Counted from the first letter of the stretch, positions 39,153 to 54,029 are shown. The stretch: DNA of 64,000 bases from Octopus sinensis (GCF_006345805.1 NC_043001.1:93434001-93498000), one strand, 5' to 3'. Numbers and translations: made by a program. Notes: a model not told the origin generated them from the sequence alone.

Positions 39153-40821
39153 TTATATAAACATACATGCACATACACATTCACGCGTACAAATGTGCAT
39201 ATACATACATACTCACGTAGACAGAAAATATATATATATATATATATATATATTTATTTATATATATATATACAAAAGTAAACATAATTTTTCTCTGACA
39301 ACCACACGATGAAACAAGACACTTGTTGACCTCATGTCAATTTGTTCTGTTTGGACAACTCTCCTGCCAGTTAAGATTTGTTTATGCCTCTTAACTCCTC
39401 ATCTAGTCACGTTCGATCGCGTCACGCCATCACATCAAGAAAAACAAGTCAATTTTTGCAATACACAAGCACAATAACGAAGAGAAATGTATCAATGACT
39501 GCAATAACATTAGGTGTTTAATGAGTTTTCTCACTATTTTATATTTCATTTAGCCGTTTATTTATTTCATGTAATTAGCGTATTTGTGTTGTTGCTCTTA
39601 CTCTCCGAAATATTATTTGGTTCAGGTTGCAATGTTTGGCTCTTCGCTTGTTTGTTTAATTTTTAGCTTGTTATTATTTAAGTTCTTCTAGATACAATAA
39701 TTTCAGAAACTGTTATTCTCTCTCAGTCTTTTCCTTTCTTATGTTCATCTTCCTTTTTGTTTCTCTCCTTCCCTCACTGTCTTTCTTAATCATAAATGTT
39801 GTCGATTTAGCTCAAGAATACATTACGTATCATGAAAATAAAAATAGAATTAACTCTGCCTATATGCTCGGCGTGATGAAGGATTAGGAAGTGTGAGCGT
39901 GCTCTATATTGTAAGCGTGAGCTAATTTTTATTGGATATGGCTATAGCATCTTGTTATAATAACTATCATACGCCATTATTTATATATGAAAACCGAGAA
40001 GAAACTCTTTAGAACAAAACGTCACTATAATGCAGAAATTGAAGTTTAAGCCGAAAACCTGAAAATTGTCAATGTAACAAATGCAGCCAGTAAGCTGATT
40101 CAGCTAAGTGGTAAATGCTTCGTTATTTGAAGAAATATATCTGCTGTCATTAAAATGAGACTAATTTGCTACAATATTCCAAGTAACTTCTAATTAAAAA
40201 AGGATTCGAAATATAATAGGTTTGCTTTGTGTTCAAACGATTTTGATATACTATTCTTTTCCATGTTTTAGATTTACCTAAAGCCCACACATTTACATAA
40301 TTAACAGAACCGGCGTATTAATGCTATGACGAATATTCATCTTAATATGAAACACTGTTACCATCAGATATGTTAGTGTTTCTTAAACAAATGCAACAAA
40401 TCAGTTGTCAAAAAACCCTGCTGAAAATAATAGTCAAAGCACTCATAAATGAGAATTTCTAATTACAGGCTTTTATATAGACGAAGGAATGGGTCACGAC
40501 GTTCTACCATGACTCACCTAGAACTACAACACAGTACCAAAGTTTACATGGAACCAACAAGATAAGACCTCTGTGCACGAGCGTGAACGGCAGAACTGAT
40601 AAGACAATTTTACTTAAAACTTCGGCCATACGTCTTATTTAATGAAAGAATACTTTGAAAATGAAACCCCCCCACACACATACACACATACGAATACAAT
40701 TATTACAGATAAATTCCTCTATTTACATAATATCGTGGTCTCTTTCATTCTTTTGTTATCTTACCATTTTTATCAATATATATATATATATATGTGTATG
40801 TATGTATGTATGTATATATAT

Positions 40822-40852
<31 letters not shown>

Positions 40853-40915
40853 CATACATACATATATATATACACACATATATATATACATACATACTAA
40901 TATATATATATACAT

Positions 40916-40977
<62 letters not shown>

Positions 40978-41468
40978 TATATATATATATATATATATAG
41001 AAATATACATATATATATAAATATAAAGTAATTAATGTATATCCCGGTCATAATAACTCGTAGAAAATCGTGCGAATGCTCGAACGGAGATGTTTCTGCG
41101 AGAAACTTTAATGAGTGAAGTTACTTGTATATCATGGGTATTCACAAAAGGACAACTGTTCAGTGAATGTAACACACACACAAAAAAAAAACACAAAAAA
41201 ACGTAGCCTAAGTGCATTATGAAGAATTAAAAAAAAAAAAACCCACGTCTTTTTTCCAGTTGTTACTTTGAAAGCAATGTTATTGGTGTAAACTTCTGCA
41301 CATAACATTAAATTTAAATATTGGTCTAGAAGCTGTATAGATACTACAATAAAATGCTAAACTCTATTAATGCATTTTCCATTATAACCTATTAGGGTCT
41401 ATTCAACGCTCAACATAACATTAAATTCCCTTTCTCTCTCCAAGTTCTGAATACAAACTGCCCAAAGA

Positions 41469-41501
<33 letters not shown>

Positions 41502-41657
41502 GTGTGTGTCTGCGTTTCTGTGTCTCTTTCTATGCATGTATATCTGTATGACTGTGTGTAAGTACATACACACGTACATATGACTGCACTGATACATTGT
41601 CTCCCTAAATATAGATATGTGTGTATGTATATAATACACACACGCGCACACACACAC

Positions 41658-41659
<2 letters not shown>

Positions 41660-41713
<54 letters not shown>

Positions 41714-41794
41714 TATAATATATATATATATACATATATATATACATACATATATATATATATATATAATATATATATACATATATATATATAT

Positions 41795-41836
<42 letters not shown>

Positions 41837-41905
41837 TATCATATATATATATATATATACATATATACATATATACATATATACATATATTATATATATA
41901 TATAA
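41660..41905. repeat. Long imperfect (TA)n tract (similar tracts at ~11040-11305, 55900-56183, 56457-56905)
   Basis: Low-complexity TA with interspersed C/G; source of the YIYI pseudo-ORFs. Confidence 0.95.
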
Positions 41906-44477
41906 TACAATATACACACACTTGTGTGTGTATGTTTTTGTATGTAAATGTTTTCTCTCGTGTAATATGTACTTTATAATTTGTTTTTCGTTACATATTT
42001 TTGCATATTTTCCATACTGACTCATTACGGCAGTACGTTTTTGTTCACGAATAATTTATTAGCGCCTATTTCATTCAGGCTTATCATGCATGCGTAGTTA
42101 TAATTGTATATTTATGTAACTATCGCTCTGTTTGTGTGTCAGTCGTTCCATCTGTTTCGTCAAGTATTCTCTGCCATGTAGTTATCCATGATCCTAAACA
42201 GCAAATACGTACTTACTCACTCACTCTTGCTTATTTCGACACCTCACCCCACAACACACATGCACAGGCGTGCATAAGTAGCAGCTAATAAAAGTAATTT
42301 ATTTTGGCTTTTAATAATTTTGTTAAAATATTCTGTTCGTCTTTAGCAGCCTATGACATTGCTATTCAATTTACATACACATATGTATGTGTGTGTGTGT
42401 GTGTGGTGGTGTGTGTATGTATGTATGTATGTGTGTGTGTGTCTGTCTGTCTGTCTGTCCGTCCGTCCGTCCATCCGTCCGTTCATCCATCCATCCATCC
42501 ATTCATCCATCCATCTATCTATCCATCCATGTATCTGTCTATCTATCTATCTATCCATTTATATACGTATCTCTCTCTCTCTCTCTCTATCTATCCATCT
42601 ATCTATATATCTGTCTCTCTATCTATCTATCTAACTACACATACATACATACATACATACATACATACATACATACATACATACATACATACATACATAC
42701 ATACATACATCATACATACACACATTAAAGTAACTTTGAAAAAAACATGAATCGTAAAACAGATGAAGAGACTCGTATAACAGTCGTCGGATAACACAAG
42801 AAAAAGATTTCTTTCTGAAGTTCAGTAATTATTTACAGCTGCATCAACCTGAGAAAAGCACGTACATAACGTAAAGGAGTTCTTTCCATTTTGATCATAT
42901 CCTTCTTTAGGCATAGTTCTGCCAGATGTCTCCATCCCCTCCATCGTGTCGAAAGAATTATTTAATCGGTATGAGTATCCAAAGATTTTAAGAGGTTAAA
43001 AAATAGTTACGGTAGCTGTTGTTGTTAAGCAACAAGACGGGTAAGGGTGATTAGGTGATGGTTTAGGGCTTAGGAGCGGGAGACCCCAGACCTTGGAAAA
43101 AAAAATTTGGTCGTCTTGTTGTAGTCGAGGGCTCTTCGTTGACGCCCGACATCACTAGGAGGTGGCCCTCGAAATCGCTGTAAATGGAGATCTCCAGGTC
43201 CAAATTCTTGAACGGCTACGGTAACTGTGGTTGAATTACAATCAGGTCGAACGAATACATAGCCGTTTTATCAATAGCTGTTCTTAGTTTCTCACCAGTG
43301 CCCTATTCAACTAAAACTAAAAGATACATTATTTCAATCGCTTCAATACCGACTGATCCATGCTGTAATAAAAGTTAATGTAATCATATTAGTTATCAAT
43401 TTTTCGGAAATATTTAACGTTGATGAAAACCAACGCACAGAGAACACTCTCTTAGTAATATATCCACACAAAAGAAGTAATTCTGCTAAAAGATCACTGA
43501 GGCATTTGTAAAGCTACCTGGATAGTACTAAATACTCCCTTTACACACAAAAATTAACTATTCTATGTGTGGAGAAACGAGATGATAGAAACACATAGAG
43601 ACACGAGCTGATAGAAGTAACTGCAAAATATCTCGAAGATCACACATTACTCTTCTAATGAACACAAGACAGGATATAAGGATGCGTTGCTCAAGACTGG
43701 AATGGAAATGGTCGAATTATCTGCGGCATCAAATCAAACCTAGGGCTAAAAATAATAACAAAAAATATCACGCAGTGTTATGTTTTTGGCTGTATATTTA
43801 ATGTTGCGTATTATAATTTTCGTGAAACAGTATAGAGTGAATGGAGTTCTACTTTTAAACAAGCAGTTCTTAATCTTTCGAACACAGTCTTCATACACAA
43901 GAGAGCCGATATGGTAGCTCTAGTTAATTATGAAAACGAACGGAAATTCGAAATCCTAATGGACTTTAAGATCCAAAACTGATTAAAGTATTTCAGATAA
44001 TAGAACGAACGCATTCAATTTGATTAGGGAATAGCTCAGCTCACAAAGTAAAAAGCGAAAAACTAAAAATATTTTAAATTTCAGGAGACTTCACCTCAGA
44101 ATACACGGAGGCACACGCATGTGGCAACATACAGAAGGAGGTGGACTCATGACACGCACACCTAATAGAGACTTACGGACAGACATAGTCAAACACATGC
44201 ACACTCAAATGCAAGAACACATACACACACATTAACGCACACATTCACACGTATACATCTCACACACTCATATACATGCGCACATATTTTGAAGACCGAT
44301 TCAACTTCATCTTCTCAAAAAATTTGACTCTACTTTTAGCATGGAGTCAAACCATTAATAAGGGTTCCGTTGCTATGCGTCATATTCCTGCAGAATAGCA
44401 TCATTTTAACGTTTTCTTCTACACGCGAGTACTCACATACACACACGAGAACATATACACTTCTATATATATATACC

Positions 44478-44675
44478 TTCTTTCATTTACTTGCTTCAGT
44501 GATTTGACTCCAGCCATGCTGGAGCACTGCCTTGTAAAGTTTTGTTCGAACCATTCACAACCAGAGCTTCATTTCTAAAGTCTGGTACTTATAGTATCTC
44601 CTCTTTTGCTGAAGAGCTAAGTTACGGGACATAAATAAAGCATCACCGGTTGTCAAGCGATGATAGTGGACAAAC
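44478..44675 (-). mobile_element. SINE family A-related 3' half, older subfamily
   Basis: cagccatgctggagcactgcc...gctaagttacgggacataaataaagcatcaccggttgtcaagcg. Confidence 0.75.
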
Positions 44676-45425
44676 AGAAATACAAAGACACACATATACA
44701 TTGTTAGGAAATTAATTTTTTTTAAAATTGAATTATGCCTGTTTTATGAGAATATTATGAAATAATATTACTATTGGGCAGTGTTACCTACTCTGCATTA
44801 TAGATTTTAACAGGGAAACAGACAGTTTTGCATGCTGCACAGTAAGGTCAGGATGAAGTCCATTGACAAAACGGGGTAAGTTAGTGGTAAATAGCTAAAT
44901 TGTGAAACTAACAAATTGGCTAGGCCTTAGCAAACTGTTATAAGAAGAGATAATTGAACACTCAGTTTTTGTAACAGTTAAAGTATTTTTTTCTGTAAGA
45001 CAAGGTTGTTCAATTGGAGCCTGGAAGCTATGATTGCCTGTTTAGTATATGCACTTTGTGCTTTGTATTAGGCATTTATGAATTTATTTTTTGCTTCAGG
45101 AATTCGCCAGAACTTTTGCTTATCAGATTTAAATAATTTCTCTGTCACATCTGGGCGAGTACAACAATCTCTTAAGTTAGGTTATTGTAATATTTGTGTG
45201 AGAGTTGAACCCTGCATTTGTGGCCGGTTGTCTAGTAATTTTGCTAGCTATTTTCTGTTAAGACAAATGTTGAAAAGCTTTTCACAGCTTTTCATATTCT
45301 TAAAGAATTATAATGGTGACGGAGGAAAGAACGATGTTCAACATTATCAAGAAAATTACAAACACAATAACAACCGTAGCAGCAATAAACGCCAATGTCG
45401 GCCAGTAAGAAATATATAGAATAAT

Positions 45426-45967
45426 ATTCTTTTCTACTCTAGGCACAAGGCCCAGTACGTAACTGGTACTTAATTTATCGACTCCGAAAGGATTAAATGC
45501 AAAGTCGACCTCGGCGGGATTTGAACTCAGAACGTAAAGACAGACAAAATACCTATTTCTTTACTACCCACAAGGGGTCTAAACACAGAGAGGACAAACA
45601 AGAACAAGCGGATTAAGTCGATTATATCGACCCCAGTGCATAAATGGTACTTATTTAATCGACCCCGAAAGGATAAAAGGCAAAGTCGACCTCGGCGGAA
45701 TTTGAACTCACAATGTAGCGGCAGACGAAATACCTATTTCTTTACTACCCAGAAAGGGCTAAACACAGAGGGTACAAACAAGGACAGACAAACAGATTAA
45801 GTCGATTATATCAACCCCAGTGCGTAACTGATACTTAATTTATCGACCCCGAAAGGATGAAAGGCAAAGTGGACCTCGGCGGAATTTGAACTCAGAACGT
45901 AACGGCAGACGAAATACGGCTACGCATTTCGCCCGGCGTGATAACGTTTCTGCCAGCTCGCCGCCTT
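45426..45967 (-). mobile_element. SINE family B trimer
   Basis: One head (gccagctcgccgcc at 45952-45965), three B-box/Nin units (gtcgacctcggcggaatttgaactca-like), two spacers, one terminal attcttttctactctaggcacaaggccc. Confidence 0.9.
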
Positions 45968-46390
45968 GACAATTTAAAGGGAATTCAAAGTTGTGTGTAT
46001 ATTAAATAGAGACAAATGACTGAACATCGGCTAATAACCAATTGCTTGCGAAATTGATTATCGGTGCATGAGTAGTGGCAAATTCTTCGCTTCAACACAC
46101 GTATGTTTTAAGATGATCAACAGCGTGAAAATGAGCATCAGTTACAACATTAGCAACTCACTTCATTTAGAATAATTGCAATAACGAGGAGAGCAACACG
46201 TTAGCCATCACAATCAGTGACCTTACCTACATACGAACGAGAATAGATGCGAAAAGATACTACGGGTAAAGTAGAGAAGTGCCTCACCTGATCAAAATAC
46301 AGATACGCAACAAACTTTACACACACACACAACAGGCCCACACACATATATATGTAGGAAGTTATAAGTGTGAGTATGTGTGTGTATGTG

Positions 46391-46443
<53 letters not shown>

Positions 46444-46632
46444 ACATACACATCCTTGAAAGAAACTTAAACAATGAACAATAATTAATAAATGTATATA
46501 TATATATAAAAATAGGTACTCACATATATATACACATATATATTTATTGCACGTAATCACTATCACCATATTATCATTACCATCGCCAGGAATAACGTTT
46601 TTGTCATTGTCCTCGTTGTCACCATCGTCGTT

Positions 46633-46663
<31 letters not shown>

Positions 46664-47375
46664 CCTCCACCTTCACCATAACCACCACCACCTTCACCGC
46701 TATTACCACCGACAATACCACACATAACACTAAACGAAAACAACATGTATACAATTAACAGCTGAGTTTAGCAAGATCAAAAAGTACATCATTAAAAATA
46801 ATTGCCGCAAGAAAAATCACAAGAACCTCATTAGCACCCTAATCACCACCATCACCACCACCTTCACTACCACCATGACTACCATCATCAACATCACAGC
46901 CATCGTCAACACCACAATTATGAGCGCCATGAAACCACTGCCACCACCATTGTGCCGATGTCACTACGACAGCCACCACAAACTGATCACGACATTGTCT
47001 TCTCTTATACAATGAACAGCAACAACAAGAACAACAATAACAACAACAACAACAACAACAGCAACAGCAGCAGCAGCGAGAGAATGACAACAACAGCAAC
47101 AACGTGTCTGACCAAATCAGCCAAGCAAGGTGGCAATAAATAGAAACTTATACAAAGTAGCGACATAATAGAAATGTATAGGTTTGGAGGTTGAACAAGC
47201 AACGTTGCAAAGACTGCTTGATTAGATCGCACAGAGGAAACAGCTGGTTTGCTACGATAACCTCAAAATTTCAGATGTATGGTTTATGTGTGTATCTGTG
47301 TGTGTGTGGTGTGTGTGTGTGTGTGTGTGTGTCTGTGTGTGTATGTGTGAGTGTGTGTTCTCACCGATAGAGGCA

Positions 47376-47406
<31 letters not shown>

Positions 47407-47789
47407 GAATGGAGAGACAAGATACTCACATTTACAAAGAGATGCACTGAACCTTCTCTCTGTCTGATTGACTCCATTCCTGTCTTTCTTATTCTTATTC
47501 ATTCTCTCACTCTTTCTCCCTCACTCTCTCTTGTCTTAAACACATGCACATTACACCTACCGACTTCCTATACACGGTTGCTTTTTCGGTTAATTCTAGG
47601 TGTTATCAATCTCTCTGTCACTCCGTCTGTTCTTCAGTCTGTTTGTCTATCTATATATCCATCCAACCACCCACACATATGTCTATCTACACACACACAC
47701 ATTCATTTATTCATTCACTCATTCACTCATTCACACATACACACGTACATAAATATATACACGTTTGCAGTGCCTGTCCTTGCACCTAC

Positions 47790-48846
47790 ATTTGATCTTC
47801 TGATCTGAATCAGAAGTGAATGAGATAGTTGTACGAACTCACAAGCGGCTCAGATTCAGGAAATGTCAGCATCAATGGAGATGTAGATAGGCTAACCTTC
47901 CCACGAATGGATGGTGGTAGCGGTCTCAGATCTGTATTCATGTTATATGAAGCACTACGGTGATACTGAAACAACATCTGCCATCAAAGAAAGAGACCAG
48001 TACCCATCTTACCCAAGGTTCTGACCTGGAAATCAATGATATAATTAGTATAGCTAATGAACTTAAGAAGCGGTATGAAATAAGAGCTGATACAGATCTT
48101 TCGCAAAATCTGTTTATCAGAAGAATAAATTACAAATGATATGGACCAGTTCACTGAGAAAATAGCACATGGGTATTTAGCACGAAAACGCGAACCATAG
48201 CCGGGATTGAACTTGTCAAGAGTTTTGGTATAGAGTACCGACAAGTTTATAACATCTCTGTTCAAAGGTTACTTTCATGCAATAAAAGCATAGGATGTGA
48301 AATACCAAGACTAATGCCGTCAGACACATTATTGCCAACTGTGAGAGAGTGCCTTCCAGATATTATCTTTCCATGAGGCATGATGTCGTGGCCAGAGCGA
48401 TTTAGAATAGAATAACAAAGAAGAAATCGCCTACGAAGTTGGGCATAATGAGACCGTGGGACTCAAGGATATTGGAGGTTAAACCACATCTGGCCAGGTA
48501 TTGTTGTGTGAGACTAAAAGGTCTCACAAAACAATATTCTGTGTGAGATTTGTCCTGTAGTGGAAATCAATCGCCCTCTGGATTCCAATGTGGTTTGAAA
48601 AACTACAAGAGAAAGAGGACATCTATGGATCATTAATGAGTTTGGAAATCGAGTATCGAAGATATCATTTGGGCATCATATTATTTATTAGTGGAGTAAC
48701 AAAATACAAACTAATACATGGAACAAAGAATGCCTGATCATAGGGATCTTGGGAGAGGACGCAAATCTCCAATTCATACACAGCGAATGATCTCAATGTT
48801 GGAAACGATCAGAATCTGAGAGACCTTCTTGAAAATTAAAGGCTGA
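47790..48846 (+). pseudogene. R4/Dong-type non-LTR retrotransposon 3' remnant (RT C-terminus + RLE endonuclease)
   Basis: GDVDRLTFPRMDGGSGLRSV (~47878-47936); HIIANC...YYLSMRHDVVARAI (~48326-48402); VEINRPLDSNVV and QEKEDIYGSL (~48560-48640); many stops and frameshifts. Confidence 0.8.
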
Positions 48847-48995
48847 TGGACAGAGTAAGATGGTTTCCTTTACAATCTTGCTAGCAAGTAGCTGACCGGT
48901 CAAAATTTACTCTAAAATAAAAATAAAAAGAGAATATACACACATACATAAATACACACACATACATACCTATATACTTACACACATATTCATAC

Positions 48996-49049
<54 letters not shown>

Positions 49050-49081
49050 ATATATATATATATATTATATATATATATATA

Positions 49082-49121
<40 letters not shown>

Positions 49122-49289
49122 TGGACTCAGTCCAACTAAAACTCATATGCCACGGGCGTAATTAAAAGTTGCAAGAGAGAAGACCAACATAAAATATATT
49201 ATTAATCCTTATTAACGTATTTGGTGCCCATTTTTCCATATTTATGTATACATACATACATACATACACACACACACATACATACATAT

Positions 49290-49322
<33 letters not shown>

Positions 49323-49813
49323 GTATATCTATATGTATATATGTATTCATATATATATATGTATATGTATATATATATATACACACACACATAAATAGAT
49401 AGCTAGATAAATATATATACATATCTAGATAGATAGATAGATAAATAGACACACGCACACTCACACACGCGCTCACGCGCACACTTGTAAACAGAGTAGA
49501 GGACTTACGGTTCACAGAAAACAGTTCTACAGCTTTATAGATCTAATTTTGAACTATAAAGTGTCTCCTTCTGAATGTTTTTGATTCAAACGCTCTTTCA
49601 AACACAACATCATCACTAACGATCACCATACTTGTAATTCTCTGTAGTTTCTACAAACAGTGTTTAGTTAACTAGTTTCGATCTTAAATATTCAATATTT
49701 CCATATTTTTCGAGTAATGTTAATATTGGTAATTTGAATAAAGTTATTTCGAGACATCTGGCCTCATGAAAAATTATGTAATAAATTTATGAGGCGTATA
49801 CAGACCATAAAAT

Positions 49814-49853
<40 letters not shown>

Positions 49854-49857
<4 letters not shown>

Positions 49858-49940
49858 GTTGTCCAGAAAGTTCGTGCCGAGTTTTGAAGGAAAGAAAAAG
49901 GTCAATAAATACTTGCCATTACATTTTTAATCAACCAAAT
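49854..49940 (+). mobile_element. Solo mariner-like terminal fragment in (TA)n
   Basis: ta|ttgggttgtccagaaagttcgtgccga resembles mariner TIRs; no partner end found. Confidence 0.45.
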
Positions 49941-51042
49941 GTATGTACGTATGTACGTATGTGTGTATGTATGTATGTATGTATGTATGTATGTATGTAT
50001 GTATGTGTGTGTGTGTGTTTACAAGAGTAAGTCAAGAAACGAATAAAAGCAACTCTACACGTTTTGTTGTATTCATTGAGTAATAATTTGAGTTCCTAAT
50101 GCTTCAGTTTCGCATGTGTATATACACACACATATATACATACATATATATAGGCATACATATACAAATATGCAAACATATATATAAGTATATATATATA
50201 TGCATATATATATATATATATATATATACGCATGTATATATATTTATGTGTTGTTGTTTGAGTATGTTTATTCGTATATATAATCAGTTAAGGAGTTTGT
50301 ATTCTGTATAGACCTTTGGCCACAAGCTAATTTAAACATAACATCTTTAGCAGGAGAACACTTGCTGAAAATATATAATAGCTGTTCACATTTTAGGACG
50401 ATATAATTAGAAACGAAATTAGTTAAGAAAAATAACTTCACCGCTTATTGATGGCATATTTTTATTAAATTTATGTAACTTCGAGGGTAATTACAATTAA
50501 TTAAAAATATTTTTTGTATGTCATCGAGTACTCATTCTTCAATTTAATTATCTAATTTTTTTTTTGCTTTTGGCGCATATGGGCTCTATCTCTTTGCTTA
50601 TTTAATATTTAAGTGAGTTATTCTGCTCAAAATTATATTTCATTCAACGACAACTGTAACGGTCGCTTAGGTTAAGCGACCATACTGGTAAGATAAAATA
50701 CGCTGAAACTTATCCGTAGTTTTGCCCTCCCTATGAATCAGACTGGATTACACTTCTCATTGTGCCAATTAAATTTGAGAGGTAACTTCTTAATTACTTG
50801 AAGTTATATTGCCCTTGTCTTCCAATAGTGTATATTTGGATAATTAATTTGAGGAGTGATGTACTCGACTTTTAAGCTTCGAAAGAAAATTGAGAAAAGT
50901 GGCTAACGTCAGTAAGTAGCTGTGTTGTTCCTTTGGGTCATTTTGTTATTTGTTTTGCAGACTCTAAAAGTCGTTCATTGATTTGATATTCTAGGGAAAT
51001 ATCCCATGGCCAGAACTCGTTCAGAACAGTAATTGCTCGTAA

Positions 51043-51890
51043 ACTGTGGCTATACTGGTGCACCACCATTGGTATTGCTACACTTTATTGAATCTCCTTC
51101 TATAATTGGCATTTGGTGAATAAATGAAGTTCGAATTCACTGCAATCACTTATTTCTTGATACGGAGTAATTTCATACAGAACTATTGACAGGAGAAGGT
51201 GCAGTTGCTTTTTGAAGGCATCTACATCCCCACTAAGGTTTTCTCTAAGATATTGAATAACCATGGGTCATTGAAACGTAAGCTATTGAAGTATCCGGTC
51301 CTAAATCCCAATGGTTCGGATAATATCTTTGGAACTATGCAGTGGCACTGTGTCCAGGGTATAGCATAGATTTCAATGACAACGTCTAGTGCAAATCCTG
51401 CCAGGAACTTCAGTCGCACGTGTCACTTCGCTCTAGGGTTTCCACTCTTTTTATCCCTTCCGAGCAGGTAAAGAACTGTCGTGAAGCAATCTTCTTTGTA
51501 TAGTAGCGTTGAATTCCTTAAGTTCCGCCATGATTTTTATGCAATATGGTCACCGTAACTAGCAATAATAATGCAGAAGGCTGAGTAGAAATGACCCCAC
51601 CGAGAACCATGATATTTTCCTAAACATAAGTTCTAAAGTTTCTTACAATATCACCCGGCTGGTCATCTATGTTGATGATTATCAGTATGCATCTGAAATG
51701 ATGTCTCATTACTCATACTAATTCTCAGGTCACGTAATGATTATGATTCTCGAACTCCAATCCTTTCTGCTGCCAAGTTTGCACAGTATCTAACTTTGTA
51801 GCCTGATAACAGGGGATTTGGAATTTCCAGTATTACATTGCATGTTAGTCTTCTGCCATTTTGTAAATCGTTTAGCAGACTTATTTCCAC
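51043..51890 (-). pseudogene. CR1-group LINE 3' remnant (RT C-terminus + 3' UTR)
   Basis: Minus-strand pieces: NMQCN, SLRDLRISMSNETSFQMH, QRYYTKKIAS, TLERS, HCIVPKI..FRTGYFNSLRFNDPWLFNIL, DVDAFKKQLHLLLSIV; 3' end ggtggtgcaccagtatagccacagt. Confidence 0.8.
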
Positions 51891-53527
51891 ACGCGTTCGC
51901 GCGCACACACACATACACACATCAGTATCTATGCATGTATTTAATATATGTTTGTGTGTGTACGTGTGTATGCATAGACATAAGTATATATATGCAATAA
52001 ATGACCTGTAAGATAAGTATATTGGAGTCAATCTAGTAATGAATACAAAAGTAGTAAGGCATACGATTATATTTACTAATGCACTAACAGGAACACGCTC
52101 ATACACAGACACGCAGACCTGCATACATGCATACATATATAGATACACACATATATACGGATACAGCTAAATATATGCAAACACATATACACATGAAAAT
52201 GTAGCAAATAATTGGGCTTAATTTCGTTGGAGATTTCTCCAATTAATTAAGCATTGAATAACGTAAGCCATTCTAGAAACAGAGACGTCAGGCCTAAGTG
52301 CGCAACATACAGAAGCTTAGTAGCCGTCGATTCTCTGCATCCATTTTAATGTCGGCCATTGTTGTCGACATTGTTTTGTCTGCGGAGGCTGCTACATGGA
52401 GATAACAATGTCAGATTCCCCGGGGAAATAGGCTAATGTTTCTAGAGTAAGGAAATACGTAAAAACAGTGAAAAGAGATTGGCAATGAGAAATGTTATTT
52501 ACTATCAATATATGTTCTATCTCTATGAATCTATTCACTTCCTTTTCCTCATTCCCCTGGCTTCAGTGGCTCCTAGGCATGCAACGTTTTTCTAGTTTCT
52601 TTATAATGACATGATGCGTTGATAGAAATGTTTGTTTGGATAAATTCCTATTCTATCATGAGTTAAAGTTCTCATCTGATAAATTTATTCTTCAATTCCA
52701 TTATATTAGTACTTAATTTTTGGCTTTGATATTTCTAATAAATCTACATAGTTATTAACCTTGTGTTTATTCATGATATATCGCAGTGTGTCTCATTATG
52801 AACGAACTCTGACTTGTGTGTCTATTTTATACGACTTTCTGACTCCAGGATAACGAAATAGATATTTGCGGGAAATTTAAAGCGCCTACAAAATGTTATC
52901 TACAAAATTAGATATCTTTCTGCATGGAGAGGTTGTTATACTAACTCAGTTATTACATTTACATATCAAACTCCAACATATACTTTTACAGAAGTAAAAA
53001 TCTGCAACAGAATTTTGATTTCATGCGGAAACCACATTTTCATTCACGTCGTTCACGCATCTGATAAAAGAATGTAATACCCTAATCAAATAAACTTGGA
53101 TTGTAGTGCTTAAATAAGAAGGAAAAGAATGATTATTCCTTTACTAGGTGTATTCCCCTGTGATTACCATCCGCAATACAATATCCTTCGGTGTTATTTT
53201 TCCTTTTCTCTAATGTCAATAATTCAAACGGTTAATGCATGAACATCGTAACGTTTGATTTTTCATAATATGAATTTAATTTCTCATACATTAATGGAAA
53301 AAAAATATAGCAGTTAAAGACACACGAGCTTGTTGTGGACATGTATGTGATGACTTGTATTTTAACTACGACTGGAAAACGTTGGGCGCCTCTAAGACGC
53401 ATGATACACACACACTCACTCACACAAACGCACACGTACACCTCCACACACAATTATCATATATATAACAACTTTTCAATCTATATTGATAGCTATAGCA
53501 TTATATATATATATATATATATATCTA

Positions 53528-53563
<36 letters not shown>

Positions 53564-54029
53564 TCAGAGAGATACATATATAGACAAAGAGAGAGAGAAA
53601 GAGAGAGAGGGAAGAAGCGAGAGGAATGAGAGAGAGAAAGTAATGAGAGAGAGAGAGTGAGAGAGAGGAGAAAGTGATTAGGAGACAGACAGCCACTCAT
53701 ACCAACAATAGGTGTACGCAGTTATTGTTAGAAATATTTTTAAATATTTAATTAAAATGCTAAAACCAAGTGTTTAAGTGTTTGCAGATGAATGGGAAAA
53801 AAAGAAATAAAAAAAGTCATTATTAACATAGTAACAAGAAAAGAAAGCTGAACAAAAATAATGATTGAATTTAAGAGAAAAATAAATCAAAGGCAAAATC
53901 AGCTTCTTAAGAGCAACTATCGCTGTTTTCCTCATTTCTATTTGATATTAAATTAAATTAAAATAAATTTCAGATCAGTAGGATTTGCTTGAATTGCTAA
54001 ATGCAAGAAATCCAGTGTGTTGGAATATT

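Noticed and set aside
44702-45265. Unique block starting TGTT, considered as a solo LTR
   Set aside because: No matching CA end with TSD could be identified.
45426-45967. Repeat-spacer pattern superficially like a CRISPR array (also 54030-54678, 62487-63066)
   Set aside because: Units are ~190-220 bp, the spacers are themselves repeated, there are no cas genes, and the context is a eukaryotic SINE.
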